Positions 52,080-62,876 of a stretch of DNA of 64,000 bases are shown here, piece by piece. This DNA is from Tubulanus polymorphus (taxonomy: Eukaryota; Animalia; Nemertea). Under the pieces are notes generated by a model, which saw only the letters and a program-made list of their open reading frames with translations, did not search any database and was not told the DNA's origin. Made by a program: the position numbers and the translations under genes. The stretch covers positions 4,506,778 through 4,570,777 of the forward strand of contig NC_134030.1 of assembly GCF_964204645.1 (NCBI RefSeq), written 5' to 3'. Every line of letters starts with the position of its first letter. Position 1 is the first letter of the stretch.

Positions 52080-53047
52080 ACTACAGTGTCAGGAAATGTT
52101 ATGACTTTTCTTGACCAACTCAACTGGGCTTTATCAATTATGTGATTGGACGCTGCCATTTAAACCTTTTGAAGTATAATCATCAGGCTGTTGGCCTGAA
52201 CATGTGTGTTTCTCGGTTCATTAATCAATCCCTTGTTTCAAGTCTGCCACGTTTACCGATTCGCGATCACCAATTTAATCTGTATTTGTTTCCGAAATAA
52301 GTGATAATGAGTGCTCATGCTTGGCTACTACCAGACAATGAAACTGCAAACGCCAAAACAACAAAATGTTTGCGCACACGTTTGATATCGTGTCAAGCCT
52401 AAAATCCAGCCAAACAATAGGACATCCATTAAAGTACATTGTGCACTTTATAGCGAGAAATACTGCACCATTGATATTTGTGATTTTCATCGGTGCTTTG
52501 TTCTAGTAGTTAAGTAGAATAACCGCACTGAGACGTGCAGAATAGACAATAAAGCCCACAAATATTGTATTATAAAAAGAGTCCAAAATATCGTGATTTT
52601 AATTTCTAACCAATGAATCGCGTTTTTAATATTTTAGATTCACTTGTAGCGGGTTTTGATTTCATCGTTTCTGTAGGATATAGCACAAACAATTCTATAA
52701 ACCAGAGTCATATGGGGCTATTGTACGAAGATATTTCTTAACGTTTCTCCTTGAAACATTACGAGGGTACTTCAGAAGTAAACATGGGATCGTATGAATT
52801 ATTGCCATAATTCACTAAATAGCCGAGCAAACACGTTCTGATTATAATCAATACACGCAAGTGTACTAGTTCGCTTATCAGTCCCGTTATCTGCCCTCTT
52901 TCAACCTGTAGGCAATACAATCCAACAACAAATCACCATTAGAGTGCTATTGGTCACGCGCGATTAATGCCTTCCATTCAATTACAAAAACCTAGAAAAT
53001 CTACTTAAATTCAATCGAATGAACGAGAATCTATTATTGCTTTGAAG

Positions 53048-53093
53048 ATGGACTACAGGCCGTTGGTATTTCTGTCATTGCTGTGCATTTTAG
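53048..53093 (+). CDS. GPI-anchored Ly6/uPAR (three-finger) protein, exon 1 of 3 (signal peptide)
   Basis: aagATGG context, MDYRPLVFLSLLCIL, phase-1 donor G|GTACGT. Confidence 0.82.
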
Positions 53094-53596
53094 GTACGTA
53101 CGATTTTACATCGAAACTATCAATTACGCAACCATCTCTCGAAATTACCTTACTTACTTACTTTACTGAGTCTTAATACAAAGACAATTTGAGTGATACA
53201 GTACATAAAAATAGATACATCGTACACGACGTACAGTAGCTATAGATAGCTACTAAAATATCGATTTAAATACGAGCTATTATTAGGGAATCAAGCGAAA
53301 AATCTCATAATTCTACCAATAAAAATACACAGTATACGAAGTTCGGCTCTGTCTTTGGTTTGCATTAATGATTTAAGTTTGAAAAGGTTGGGGTTCGTAT
53401 AAAATCTCCTGTCGACGCTACGATTTGTTGAACTTCAAAATCGCGGATACGAACAAAATTATGGATTTTGGGAGAAAGGGGAACTACAACGTCAAAATGA
53501 GACTTAACTACTGCTAAATGATCCGTACATTCTGTATCAGTCAATAGTTATAAAATATACATCTTAAATTTTCAATTAATGAATGTTGTTCTGTAG

Positions 53597-53688
53597 GTTG
53601 TTCGGGTCTGAAATGTCAAAATAAGGTTGTCAATGTTAACGGCGAAACTAAGGCTGACTATGGCTTTTGTTACAGTCAATATTGCGTG
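53597..53688 (+). CDS. GPI-anchored Ly6/uPAR (three-finger) protein, exon 2 of 3
   Basis: Acceptor tgttgttctgtag|, (G)CSGLKCQNKVVNVNGETKADYGFCYSQYCV, phase-0 donor GTG|GTAAGG. The predicted mature chain starts with the canonical LKC. Confidence 0.88.
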
Positions 53689-53883
53689 GTAAGGATATTT
53701 TACTTTTACTATATAGTAATCTACTATCTTGTATCTGTTTGCGTAGCTTAATTCATTCAACATTGATTAAACTTAAAATGGACGATTTCCCAATTTTAAG
53801 AAGAATTCGAATAACAGCGGATCGATTAAAGAAAGTTGTCGTCACTTGAGCTGTAACATAAACATTAAAAACGTTAATTTCAG

Positions 53884-54078
53884 AAAACCACGTCGATGAT
53901 GGATATTCGCTACAGCTGTTCAACTGACTGTCAGATGGGTCATTTCAACGACCGTATCGTTGAATGCTGCGATGAATCGGACTTATGCAATTCGACGGCG
54001 AAACTTCGTTATTCGTCTTCGATGTTTCTCGTCTCGATTGTCGCGTTGATGTTGTTGTTGTTGATTCAGCGGGTTTAG
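53884..54078 (+). CDS. GPI-anchored Ly6/uPAR (three-finger) protein, exon 3 of 3
   Basis: Acceptor taatttcag|, KTTSMMDIRYSCSTDCQMGHFNDRIVECCDESDLCNSTAKLRYSSSMFLVSIVALMLLLLIQRV*. Contains the CCxxxxxCN LU-domain terminus and a GPI-type hydrophobic tail. Joined CDS is 46+92+195=333 nt = 110 aa + stop. Confidence 0.92.
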   Translation, partial: KTTSMMDIRYSCSTDCQMGHFNDRIVECCDESDLCNSTAKLRYSSSMFLVSIVALMLLLLIQRV

Positions 54079-54657
54079 ATGGTCGTTCGAGATACGCATT
54101 TTGTTCATCGGTGCCTGCTGATTTACAACTTTTCATTTTAACGTGTTTCTAACGACGAAGGAGATACCCCATTAGAACGAAAAGTTGGTCGGAATTTCAG
54201 ACCACATTCATATATTGCATATATATTCATCGTAATTTTTCTAAGGAATTTCTTTTAAATATCATTGAATTTTTCTACTTTCGTAGAAAACATTTGATAA
54301 TGTATAAATGATGATGGTTGGTGATCACAATGTAAATACGTTAAAGTGTAAATACGTAATACGATTAAAGTACGATAGTTTTGCTTATTGATGAATTGTT
54401 TTTATGTATGTTTATATGCGCCTTTCTAATATTGTGCGAGCAGTATGATTTGAAACAATACCGATTTTCTATAAATTTGAAAAATTCAACGTGTATACGG
54501 CTAGAAAATTGATTCCTTATTTCGTATTTCTGTTGGGCTCAAGAGTTCACCTGACCGGCCGCCTATCGACCCAATACTCAACTTTTGTTCAAATCAGGAT
54601 CTAGCTAACCATAACCGACCCGGCAGCCATGAACTGATTATAAATGTAACCCGGCCG

Positions 54658-54862
54658 ATCAGGAGAAACATACGGTGGCTGATTAGGAAATCATGTAAAT
54701 TATGGCGCAGAAACGAACTTCGTTTTAGCGCCCGTAAATTTCGTTTTTGCGCCACGCAGAAACGGACGCAGAAACGAAGCAATATATTTTTTGCATGGTA
54801 TATTGCACGGAATTTTTTTTTTAACTTGGCCCTAATCGGCCACCATAGAAACAAGGCCTGAT
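54658..54862. mobile_element. MITE-like inverted-repeat element
   Basis: tacggtggctgattagg (54671-54687) vs cctaatcggccaccata (54831-54847), 2 mismatches. Outer atcagg/cctgat. Internal repeated (g)cgcagaaacg motifs in both orientations. Confidence 0.6.
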
Positions 54863-55250
54863 AACTAATTTGAAAGCAACCGCGCGTGCTTTCTACATGT
54901 GCGTGCCACCACTGGTGCGGCGTCAGTTTAAGAGACGACTGTTTGATTATTTCGTCAGTCATTTTGCCCGAATTCGTCTCGTAGACTCGTCGAAGCGTCA
55001 TTCGTTCAAATCAAATATAAATGAAGAACCCGTCCGTTCTCAAGTTGAAATCAAGACAACAAAGAAGCATACATGTTTGCACAGATGTTTTTCTTTTATT
55101 TTCCAGCCAGAATATAATCACAATTTGAGTATACGCGCCCCTGAAATGCCCGGTAAATAATACCAAATCTAAACAAAACTCACAGAATTACGACGACATC
55201 AGGAATGATTCGCGCACGAAACTTGGATATCAGAAACGCACACATCCTCT

Positions 55251-55256
55251 TTTATT
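55251..55256 (-). terminator. Likely polyadenylation signal of the HFAamide gene
   Basis: AATAAA on the minus strand ~490 nt downstream of the stop at 55746. Confidence 0.45.
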
Positions 55257-55745
55257 GAAAAAAGCCAAACAAACAGAACTTCTTAATAACCTTACGAAAC
55301 ATAAGATGTGTTCAATCATTGATCGATGGTAATTCTGAATCATGTCTCCAAAGAACTAGAATATTGTTTGCATTAATACGCCAAGACGTTGAATTTATGT
55401 GTACATCATCATTTTTTTATGTCACTGAAGTTTGTGCAATCAACAAATGAACGGAAACGTGTTATACTTGAAAAGGACTCGGTGTGAGAGGTGGGTGGGT
55501 ATACACAATCTTATCAACACTGGCTACGTACTATTATTACGTACTACGCATTATTTGATCTTTTGCTCGATTGAATGGGACAAACATGCGTGTCTATGTT
55601 TTTTTTGGGTGATAGTGATACATTTTCATTGTGAAGACGACTTGAAAATATCCGTACAGTTTTGTTATTCTATGAAAGATTTCAGTGCCACAGGTTGCCC
55701 ACAGCCCGCAACCGTGGCTTTAGGAGGTGGCTCGGCCGTCACGTT

Positions 55746-55866
55746 TCAAGAAACGACCGGCGTGTGTAGCAGGCTCCGGCGACGTCGTCGTTGTTTGAAG
55801 TCATCCTTGTCAAACACGTCGGATGATCGCTGCGCGTGCTTCGACCTCAGTTCCTCTAAGAGCAAC
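55746..55866 (-). CDS. HFAamide neuropeptide precursor, coding exon 2
   Basis: Strong acceptor ttttgttcttttcag|G (phase 2) continues exon 1 in frame: (K)LLLEELRSKHAQRSSDVFDKDDFKQRRRRRSLLHTPVVS*, with a polybasic cleavage site. Confidence 0.72.
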
Positions 55867-58414
55867 CTGAAAAGAACAAAATCGACCTTTATTTTTTCTG
55901 TGTGGACATACTATATTCGACTATATTTTCCTCATGTTCGACAGACGACTGGCTGCGCGAAAACGGAACCGAGGAATCTGCGTAGGCTTGATAATAGTTA
56001 AAAGTATTTCTAAATAAATTCTACTCAGCTTAGTGCTGATTACTGTGACGTAGGTATGTAGGTGGAAGATCACACTTTGACAGCGCACATAACCCGAGCT
56101 CTTAATGGCATCATTACTATTCTATATATATATATTTATGTATTTTTGATGTAAATGTCAATTGATCTAAGTGATTATTAACCTTGCACATTGCAGCAAC
56201 TGATTTTCCCCCCAATAATACCTTGAAAATAGGATGTCTAATCAAACTAGTTTCGAGCCCAAGCATTTCGAAGCTCAAGAATGCCGTATAGATAATCCCC
56301 GTGAGCGATGAGACAAACCGAACTCCCAAAAGATTAGTTCGACATTCCAGGCGTAAGTGTATATTCAATTAGTTCGACAACTTATCAAACGAAATTGTGT
56401 TCTCTATCTTCTCTTTTGAATCGTAATACTTTTTCCCTAACGTTAAAAAGTCCTGATTTTCTTCATTAACTTTTTCCTCCGAGGCGTCGATGGTTTTTTC
56501 TTCGTCGGCAGCGGACAAAAAGTTTTGCGATGGTTTTTCGAACACTCGATTCTTTCCTTATCTACAGTAAACGCATCACAAACGACGCGGGAAATTTCCC
56601 ATCGACGCATTTCCGGGTTCGCAGAGAAAATTACCAGACACTATCAGCCTGAATTGGTCCAAGCATTTGAACGTCGCGGATTCGATAAACTAAGGCCTTG
56701 CTTCCGAAAGCGTTGTAACCGCAAGACGATTGCGCTAGATAACCCCTCCAGATAATATACATTGTGTGCTAAAAGGCAAAACTAACTATAAAAGATGACT
56801 CCGTATCAAACTTGCAAATCATAATATTGTGGCTGATTTGGGCAACGTCCGATAATCATCCTCCACGAGAATGTGCAAAACCGATTTCAAACGTGCAAAA
56901 ACAATTACACCGTTTTATAATTTTCCGTTTCAACACGTTCTCGTGGAATGAAACATATTTTTTTTTTGCGTTGTCGTAGTGGATGATTAAGATATAAGCA
57001 TGTGGCCGCCATATAAATCCATACAACATCTTCAACGAGATGCGGTTTTAATAATCTTTTACGACCACTTAACCGTAGTACAAATCGCATGCGAACAGCG
57101 TTATCAATGCTAAGGTCAAACTATTCAATCCATCGTAGATATTTCAGAACTTATATTCAAACGTTCAGAACAACGTCTTAAGCTCACGCCTAATTGAAAT
57201 AGATTCGCCGAATAAGATGATGACAATATTCAGCCCGAGTATCATGGTAGAGATGGGGTTTTAGATCTCAAAACTTAAGACGGGGCGAAAGTTGTTTGAT
57301 TGTTATAGACTAAGGAAGATGGTTCTAGACTTGTCTAAGCTATGACGATGGAACCGGCACCATATTGCGCGTACCTCATTGAAACCATCATCAGTTCGGT
57401 AGTTTAACAGATTTAAATGCACTACGTTGTAAGTGAAAGGTGGGGGTGTAATCGCTCCAATGATGACCATCACATTAGTCTTCATATACTTCACAATCGG
57501 TTGTTATAATTGACTGATAATCTGGCTAGAGTATAATTGACCGACGTCAAACAACTCCACCCGGGGACGTGTAGCCTTTGCGATAATTCTCCAAAGTGAC
57601 GCTGACTTCGCAAGATTTGCAAGAACCTCGATAATTGGACAAACACAGCCCGGGTAACGAAAAATGGAAACAGTTTAAACTATCCTAAAACGATGATCTT
57701 GATGCTAATGTTGCTGAGTTTGGCTTTCTCTATTTCATATTTTACTTTCTTCCGAGAAGATTTCTTTTTTCTTTTTTTTTCAGACACGATATTTCCACGC
57801 AACGATCTTTGCATTGACGTGAGTGGGCAAATTGAAAAATAGTATCATTTTGCGTCTGGATTTTGTACCAGGGCTGACGAAAATGAATATCCGTGTGCAA
57901 TTGCCAAATAGACCAGCCGAAATGCTCGTTCGTGAGAATTTCGAAAATCAATTTCGCAATTTCTTGGAATTCAAATGCAGAATAGATAGTTAATGACTTG
58001 CACAATATTGCGTCAACAGGAATCAGTGAGTACATCCATATGCCCGCATCTGCTAGACAAGGAAACGCCATTATGCTCCATTGATGGTTAAGAATTTACA
58101 AAGGAGAAAGAAATTAATTTTTTTCCTTCTTTTTCCGTAGATCCGCAAGTGCGGTGGAGTCGGTGTGGTGGTGGGGGAATGTGAACTTTGAAAAGCTGCA
58201 GAGCTTGCTATATTTTCTAATAGATATTAGATCAGTTATGCGTTTAGCTAAGCATTTTTGTATCTAAAAACAGACAAAATTCTGAAATACGAACAAACTC
58301 CTGAGATATACATAACCTGTATTCAAATTAAATGATGTTTTCATTAGTTCTCGAAATATTCTCTATATCTAAAAAGTAGTTATATTCGTGTGCAATTTAG
58401 CGTATGATACTCAC

Positions 58415-58857
58415 TTTTTGAGGCGACTGATTACTTTTGTATCAGACATAACACCATCGAGAAAATTCTTTAAGTCCTCGCTGTAATGTTCGGTTTGGCT
58501 GGCCAGACTAATCTGAGTCGGTTCGTCCCAAGACGAAGCCACGTCGTTCACCGTATCACTGGACCGAGTCCTAGAACTGCGGAATGTATTTTGCTCGAAC
58601 GCATCACCGTTTTCTTCCCGTCTAACGCCGCCGCCGCCGCCGCCACCACCGCCGAGTTTTGAGGACGACGACGATGGAAAATTGCGTTTCCCGGCGAAGT
58701 GTGTGTAGTTACATTTGCAGGCAGGCCCACCCATCTGTCGTAAACACTGGCGGGCGCACCACTTCACTTTATTGAAACACGTCGAATACGGACACGCAAG
58801 CAGTATGATAAACGCGAACGTACAAAAAGTCGACGAAAACCGCCCCGTGAATTTCAT
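58415..58857 (-). CDS. HFAamide-type cysteine-rich neuropeptide precursor, coding exon 1
   Basis: Signal peptide (MKFTGRFSSTFCTFAFIILLACPYSTC), then FNKVKWCARQCLRQMGGPACKCNYTHFA-G-KR (4 Cys, amidation Gly, dibasic site) and an acidic spacer. Donor AA|GTGAGT at 58414 overlaps the ORF's apparent TGA. Family recognised from the C-x3-C...GG-x2-C-x-C...HFAGKR pattern of annelid/mollusc HFAamides. Confidence 0.88.
58627..58654 (-). repeat. (GGC/GGT)n coding repeat, polyglycine tract
   Basis: Run of ccg/cca triplets on the plus strand encoding ~9 Gly in the precursor spacer. Confidence 0.9.
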
Positions 58858-59633
58858 CTTTCGATCGTACGCGTATATAAATATTATATATTAAAAACAA
58901 CAGCAAAAATACTATGGCTCAATCTTCTACGGGATGTCCTTCAGAGGAATTGACCGATATTTAGGAAACGTTATGCACGCTTTTTGTATATGTTAACTTC
59001 CAAGTCACGATATTATCACTATCCAATACGAAATCGAATGAGAGAGCGTTATATATCCTTCGCTGAATGTTGATGATAATTGAAGCGGTCGTACGCTTAT
59101 ATATATACTATATATCGTACCACGCACCTTATCTTGTGAATATCAGAAAAACCGAGTCTATCTTTATATGGTCCTGAACGCGTATCCGGATTCTTGGATA
59201 TTGGGATCCCACGATTACCTTTTCTGGGTTAAATGTTGCCAAGACGCGATACGTGTGGTGAGTAATGTAAAAATGATTTTCCACCGGGAATATTTTCCTC
59301 TTATCAACTATTATATGTTACATATAATATATGCGCACGTTTTGCAGTCGTTGTTTTAAGAAAATATATTGTCCCTCGTTGACTATACAGTATGGAATAG
59401 ACACCAAGTTTGTGTCTGCCAGTCCCAACAACTTGAAATAGAAATATTCCTCCAGATGTAACCGATTATCTGTTGTCGGATGAAACAGTTTCCATGTATG
59501 TATTATCAAACTGGAACGGTGTGTCGAATTTTTATGCTGTTAAGTATTTTATCGGTTGCTTCTTCGTGTGGTGAATCTCATCTGTGTGAACGGCCGCACG
59601 TTAAGTAGCTTCGCAAAACACCGACGAACCTAC

Positions 59634-59897
59634 CTAACTGGACAGGTATACTTTTAGAAGAATCTGTAAGAATATATCCTCTTTAGTCTCGGAATCGGAT
59701 AACTTGGTACGACTGCGTGATCGATTATTTCGAATAAATGTTTATGTCTCTTTGATATAACGTATCGATTTGACAACGAGTTATCGTCGAAAATACGCGC
59801 TCCGACTCTTGAATGAGAGAGAGAGAGAGACAGAGAGACAGAGAGAGATTGTCCCGATCGACACACCCTAACGTGCGTCGCTAACCGTAGTAACTGA
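59634..59897 (-). other. Candidate non-coding first exon of the HFAamide gene
   Basis: Inr-like TCAGTT at ~59892-59897 (minus), an internal CT repeat and donor TAG|GTAGGT at 59633. A possible acceptor caacattcag| lies at 59063. Confidence 0.3.
59814..59848. repeat. (GA)n microsatellite
   Basis: gagagagagagagagacagagagacagagagaga. Confidence 0.9.
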
Positions 59898-60720
59898 CAT
59901 ATCGCGCTCGTATGCGTGGTACGCGTTGTTATTACGTGAAATTAGTTCGCTTACACAACTAAAATGACCATGCAGAGAAACACGTGTTCAATTCTTATCT
60001 CATTTTTGGAAAAAATGACGGCTATCTCGGTCGGCCAAAATTCCGAACTTATTTGTCCAGATACGTCACAGGATTCGCCTCGAAGTCTTCTTTTAGAATC
60101 CTGAAATGAAAAAAAAAACAACGTTCGATTCAATGACTGCATAGTAACATTAAGTGTCCATTATGTGAAAAAGGTGATGAAGTTTATTTCAATCGGAATA
60201 AAAACAAATCTTTCTTATATGAAATAGAACTTATTATTCTGCCGATCAACCTTTATCAATCTTTTAACTTCTCTATCATCTACCTTTCCGAGATCGGGAC
60301 AAACACAACCGTGTTGTCATCATACATCGTGACTTGACTTCGTTTCTGGACTCAAGTTTCTATCAGGCACGCTTCAAACGCCATGCGCGCATTACTACGT
60401 CACGAATACATCTTGTTACAGTCAGGTTTACTTTATTCATTCAGGTTCCGGGTGAAAATGAAAGCTGAAACTATTTTTTTTCTACCTTCAATCTATTATG
60501 GATGTGGATTTTACGCTTATTTGTGTATTCTAATGCCAGATACTTAAGCAAATGATTGGTAATAATACCACTTGCTTTAAAAGGCAACAGAACTTAACAT
60601 TGAACCAAAAGTTAGTATTTTTACTAATACTTTTAGGTCAACTTAACTGCCAAATTTATTTTGGGTAAATATACTAATACTTTTACAGTGTATTGGAGGG
60701 AATGACCAAAAATGGTGAAC

Positions 60721-60818
60721 CATCAGTTTCGCAGTCGCGGCTTAAGCCCATAATTGGTCTAGAACTAAGTTGTTTTTAGACTGGTCTTAGACTCTAAGCC
60801 GTGACTATGCAACCGACC
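60721..60818. mobile_element. Short (~100 bp) MITE-like hairpin element
   Basis: catcagtttcgcagtcgcggctta vs revcomp ggtcggttgcatagtcacggctta, an imperfect ~24-bp TIR. Confidence 0.5.
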
Positions 60819-62500
60819 CATGGGGTATTCTATCTCTAGCTTTGCGATGATTGTTTCGCTAAGTTTAAGTGTTGATATCGTATGGCGTTCCTGAGTTGAT
60901 GATGACCTTTCCTGCCGTTCCTTTCAAAATCGATACAAATAGAAAGCGTTAAAAAGTTTCTTGGGTGAATCCCATATATTGTTCTCTATTCTCCGGGCTA
61001 AAATCATTAGATCCTTTGCAGACACATTATTTCTGTGGCGTCTAATTTCCTTTCGAAGTAAAAGAAACGGACAATTTAAATGTAGGATATGAAGTAATGT
61101 TTCTCGGTTTCGGATCACAGCATTGGAAATAAGTTCTATTATTATGAATAAGCCCGTGGCGTAATGTCGTTGGCATCGATTCACTTTTCAATAGTTCCTT
61201 TTGAAGAGTTTCGCTCCCGAAAAGGTGCTCAAAATGAAATGATGAAATCGTATCTCCAATTACTATTCAACCTACTACAATTAGATATTGAAGTTTTACC
61301 TCGAATGATGTACATTGTTTTATATTATAGTATGTATCGTCGGAATCATCAATAATAAACAATAACTAACGAAAAGTAATCTTCTATAGAGAATGTGGCG
61401 AGAAACATTTAAGTGCCCATCGCAATAAACCGGCTAGCCGACCGGTTCAGCGTCAACCTGTTTATCGTAAGGTTAACTTCTTTTATTGAAGAACTCGCTC
61501 TCCATCAAAATCATTGTTATATCTGTCATGGTTTTAACACATCGTAAATTCGAATATCGTTTTCTTAGGGATGATGAATATCCAATGGATTGAATGTCAA
61601 ATACCGCGTTACTGCGTCTATTGTCGAAGTTGTTATTGCCAAAGAAAATCTATATCTAAAATTACATAATAGTCGATACTTTGTAGTTGTTCGTATTTCG
61701 GGGCTTCCTGGAATTAAAAACTAACAGGTTATATTGTTTTGCAGTGATGTGTTGCCTCCCACAACTCAGAAAACGGAGACATCCAATGATTTTTTCTTCT
61801 TCGAGCGAAATCACTGACATTTTATTAAAGGGTGTATGACTCGAGTTTGAATCGGTATAAGATACGCACCAGCCGACACCGGCGTATTAACGCATGTATC
61901 CAAGGAAAATTCAATTTCGATTTCAGAATGTTTCTTTGTACGGGATCGTGCAACGTCCTACACACATCATCGTTGTCTATCAACTTGGAGTCTGTAGAGT
62001 GTCCTTTAATGATACGAGTAAGATCGTTCTTCAATAGAATTCCTGAAAACTCTTGAGATTCTTTTACGCGCGAGCGAAAATCCAATTCCACGCTGGTAGT
62101 TTAGTTGAGTCGTCGAGTGGAACTTTTAAATTGGACAAATGGAATCGTCTCGAGAAACGCAGATTTTTAAATAACGAATGACGATACATGTATGTCCCGG
62201 GGCAGGGATACAATCGCAGTTTGTATGGTTGCGTATTCTCTGTGGTTTAAGTCGTGAGTCCTGGTTGATTTGTTTCTTTTGTTATTTCTTAAATGGACAA
62301 TTGTAACACCGATGCAGTTTCCAGTTATTGGAAAGTTCACCTAACTCCGGAAACTCTGACCCATAGGCACCATTCTTCTCCTAACGTATGGGGCAGAGAC
62401 AGCAAAATGGGATGGGCATTGGTATAACCCATGGTTTCTAAGGGGACACTGCTTTGGATATAAAACCTCTTAGCAGGGAACGTTGAATTAATTTTGTATC

Positions 62501-62876
62501 AATCCAAATGAATGCAAAATTTTTCGAATATATTTGTTCAGAAATAATGGCACAGCTGTTGATCATGTATATCCTCTAGAGACCCAGAACCCGATTTTGG
62601 TCAAATTACCTTCTTATTTGAGAATAACACTTATTTTGGGGTTATATTTTGAGTTTCGGCTTTAAATTTTTTTGGCCCACTTTTTCCCCAAAAATGGTAC
62701 AGCCGGCTGTACCTTGCGTCCGTAGAGGATGTAGTTAAAACAAGAGGTGTACGATGCATCCAACCATCTCGTGTTCACAAACTGTCCCGTTAATGGCTGC
62801 CTGTGTCGCTGTCGATTCTTGCCGATTATACAAATATATGATGCTGATATGGGACAAATGAATATCATTGACAGGT
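62501..62876 (+). repeat. Dispersed repeat family B, copy 2 (interrupted by a MITE)
   Basis: Inverted copy of 51043-51260 with a 158-bp insertion. Confidence 0.85.
62572..62729. mobile_element. 158-bp MITE nested in repeat B, probable TA target-site duplication
   Basis: Termini tcctcta...tagagga (perfect 7 bp, imperfect to ~15 bp). Removing the element plus the right-hand TG restores catgtatatagtt, exactly the empty site seen (reverse strand) at 51185-51197. Confidence 0.75.

Noticed and set aside
55432-56001. 189-aa plus-strand ORF, the second longest in the track
   Set aside because: No recognisable features. It overlaps antisense the better-supported HFAamide exon 2 and its 3'UTR.
56369-56560. 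Acidic protein-like minus-strand frame (VFEKPSQNFLSAADEEKTIDASEEK...) in the HFAamide intron as an alternative exon
   Set aside because: The nearest acceptor (ttactgtag|) joined in phase 2 hits TAA immediately, and no phase-compatible acceptor enters the acidic frame.
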